From: Leucoraja ocellata
Lineage: Eukaryota
Direction: 5' to 3'
Length of the DNA: 64,000 nucleotides
NCBI GenBank assembly: GCA_036785375.1
Contig: JAWMAR010000030.1
Location: 7,192,001-7,256,000 of the forward strand
Part shown: positions 63,198 to 64,000 of the stretch, piece by piece
Layout of the letters: each line of letters begins with the position of its first letter
Position numbering within the stretch: the stretch's first letter is position 1
Notes under the pieces: model-generated
Told to the model about the DNA's origin: nothing
The model's input: the letters and a program-made list of their open reading frames with translations, nothing else
Databases searched by the model: none
Translations under genes and position numbers: made by a program

Positions 63198-64000
63198 CTG
63201 TTACAGCACACAATACAATATTTTAGTCATTTATTAAAGTTCAAGCTATCCATTATCATTTGTAGAGATGAATAGATGCACTATAAGCTGGTATAAAAGG
63301 ATGAGCAGCCAATTCCACTATGTAACATTAACTAACCACTTAAACCTTTGCTAACAGTCTTGTGAATGCGTGTGCTGCCTGAGCCATAAATGGCCTGGAA
63401 GCTAAGTTTACAAATCAACATTGGATCATAATTGCCTTTAGCACTCCTAACATGCCAAGAGTAAAGAATTCAGCCCAAATTCCCAATTAATGTTCAGTGA
63501 TAACTGTTCAAATGCAAAGGTTTACACGATCGCGCGTTCAACTGTGGTAGCCTCTCCACCCTGCTCACAGTGTCTATTGTCTCAATTAACCATTTGGACA
63601 GTGTACCAAATAGGTTTTTGATGCCTATGGAACAACACAAAAGCACTAAAGTGAATATCTAAAGTGTGCAACACAGATGAATTAGAAAAAAGTGGCAATG
63701 CTTGGAAAGGACAGGGAAAGTAGAAAATCCATTACGCATCGAATCTAGACTTGCATTACACCAAACATTTGCCAGTCAAAGGTATCTCAGACTGGATCAC
63801 TGAAGAGCCTCCAATAGGAGAAAAACTCATTCAGCACCTGCTTTTCACTGAAAAAATTCAAAATAAGTACATTGATTTTATGCGGCCACTAAAATTAATT
63901 CTAAAGAGTCATAACAGCACATAAGTACCAATAATTAAAGTCGCAGCTAGCTTTCTCAGTTAGCTTGATTTTGGAATGACATATAATGTCCATTCTAAAA

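Noticed and set aside
63736-63847. Possible extra SEC24C exon (strong acceptor ttttgaattttttcag on -)
   Set aside because: It begins with TGA in the required phase, has a mediocre donor, and shows no similarity to the SEC24C N-terminus as recalled.
1-64000. CRISPR array or prokaryotic system
   Set aside because: The DNA is clearly a spliced vertebrate locus; the recurring repeats are dispersed TE ends, not regularly spaced repeat-spacer arrays.

Overview
Vertebrate genomic DNA, about 40% GC by eye. The repeats (HE1-like V-SINEs, CR1, Rex1/Babar, DeuSINE-like relics and Penelope-like elements) point to a cartilaginous fish, probably a skate or ray (inference). Two protein-coding genes lie tail-to-tail. 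The first is a complete 4-exon NDNF-like gene on + (CDS join 24709-24750, 27154-27353, 28222-28325, 29562-30910; 564 aa, or 546 aa from the ATG at 27166). The second is the 3' 17 coding exons of SEC24C on - (39990-63197, 765 aa, all GT-AG and phase-consistent; the 5' exons lie beyond the window). The left 24 kb has no recognisable coding exon. Most notable: (i) many Penelope pLTR-derived units carrying a minimal hammerhead-ribozyme core, several inserted as ~200-bp fold-back units with 14-15-bp target-site duplications; (ii) a chimeric retro-insertion whose 5' part is a 257-bp copy of DNA 1 kb downstream; (iii) an orphan CpG-rich promoter-like patch at 15.3 kb and a pri-miRNA-like 81-nt hairpin at 12.3 kb; (iv) the divergent NDNF paralog next to SEC24C, a likely ohnolog. 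Repeat boundaries were set by eye and are approximate. No database searches were run, and comparisons to human proteins are from memory.
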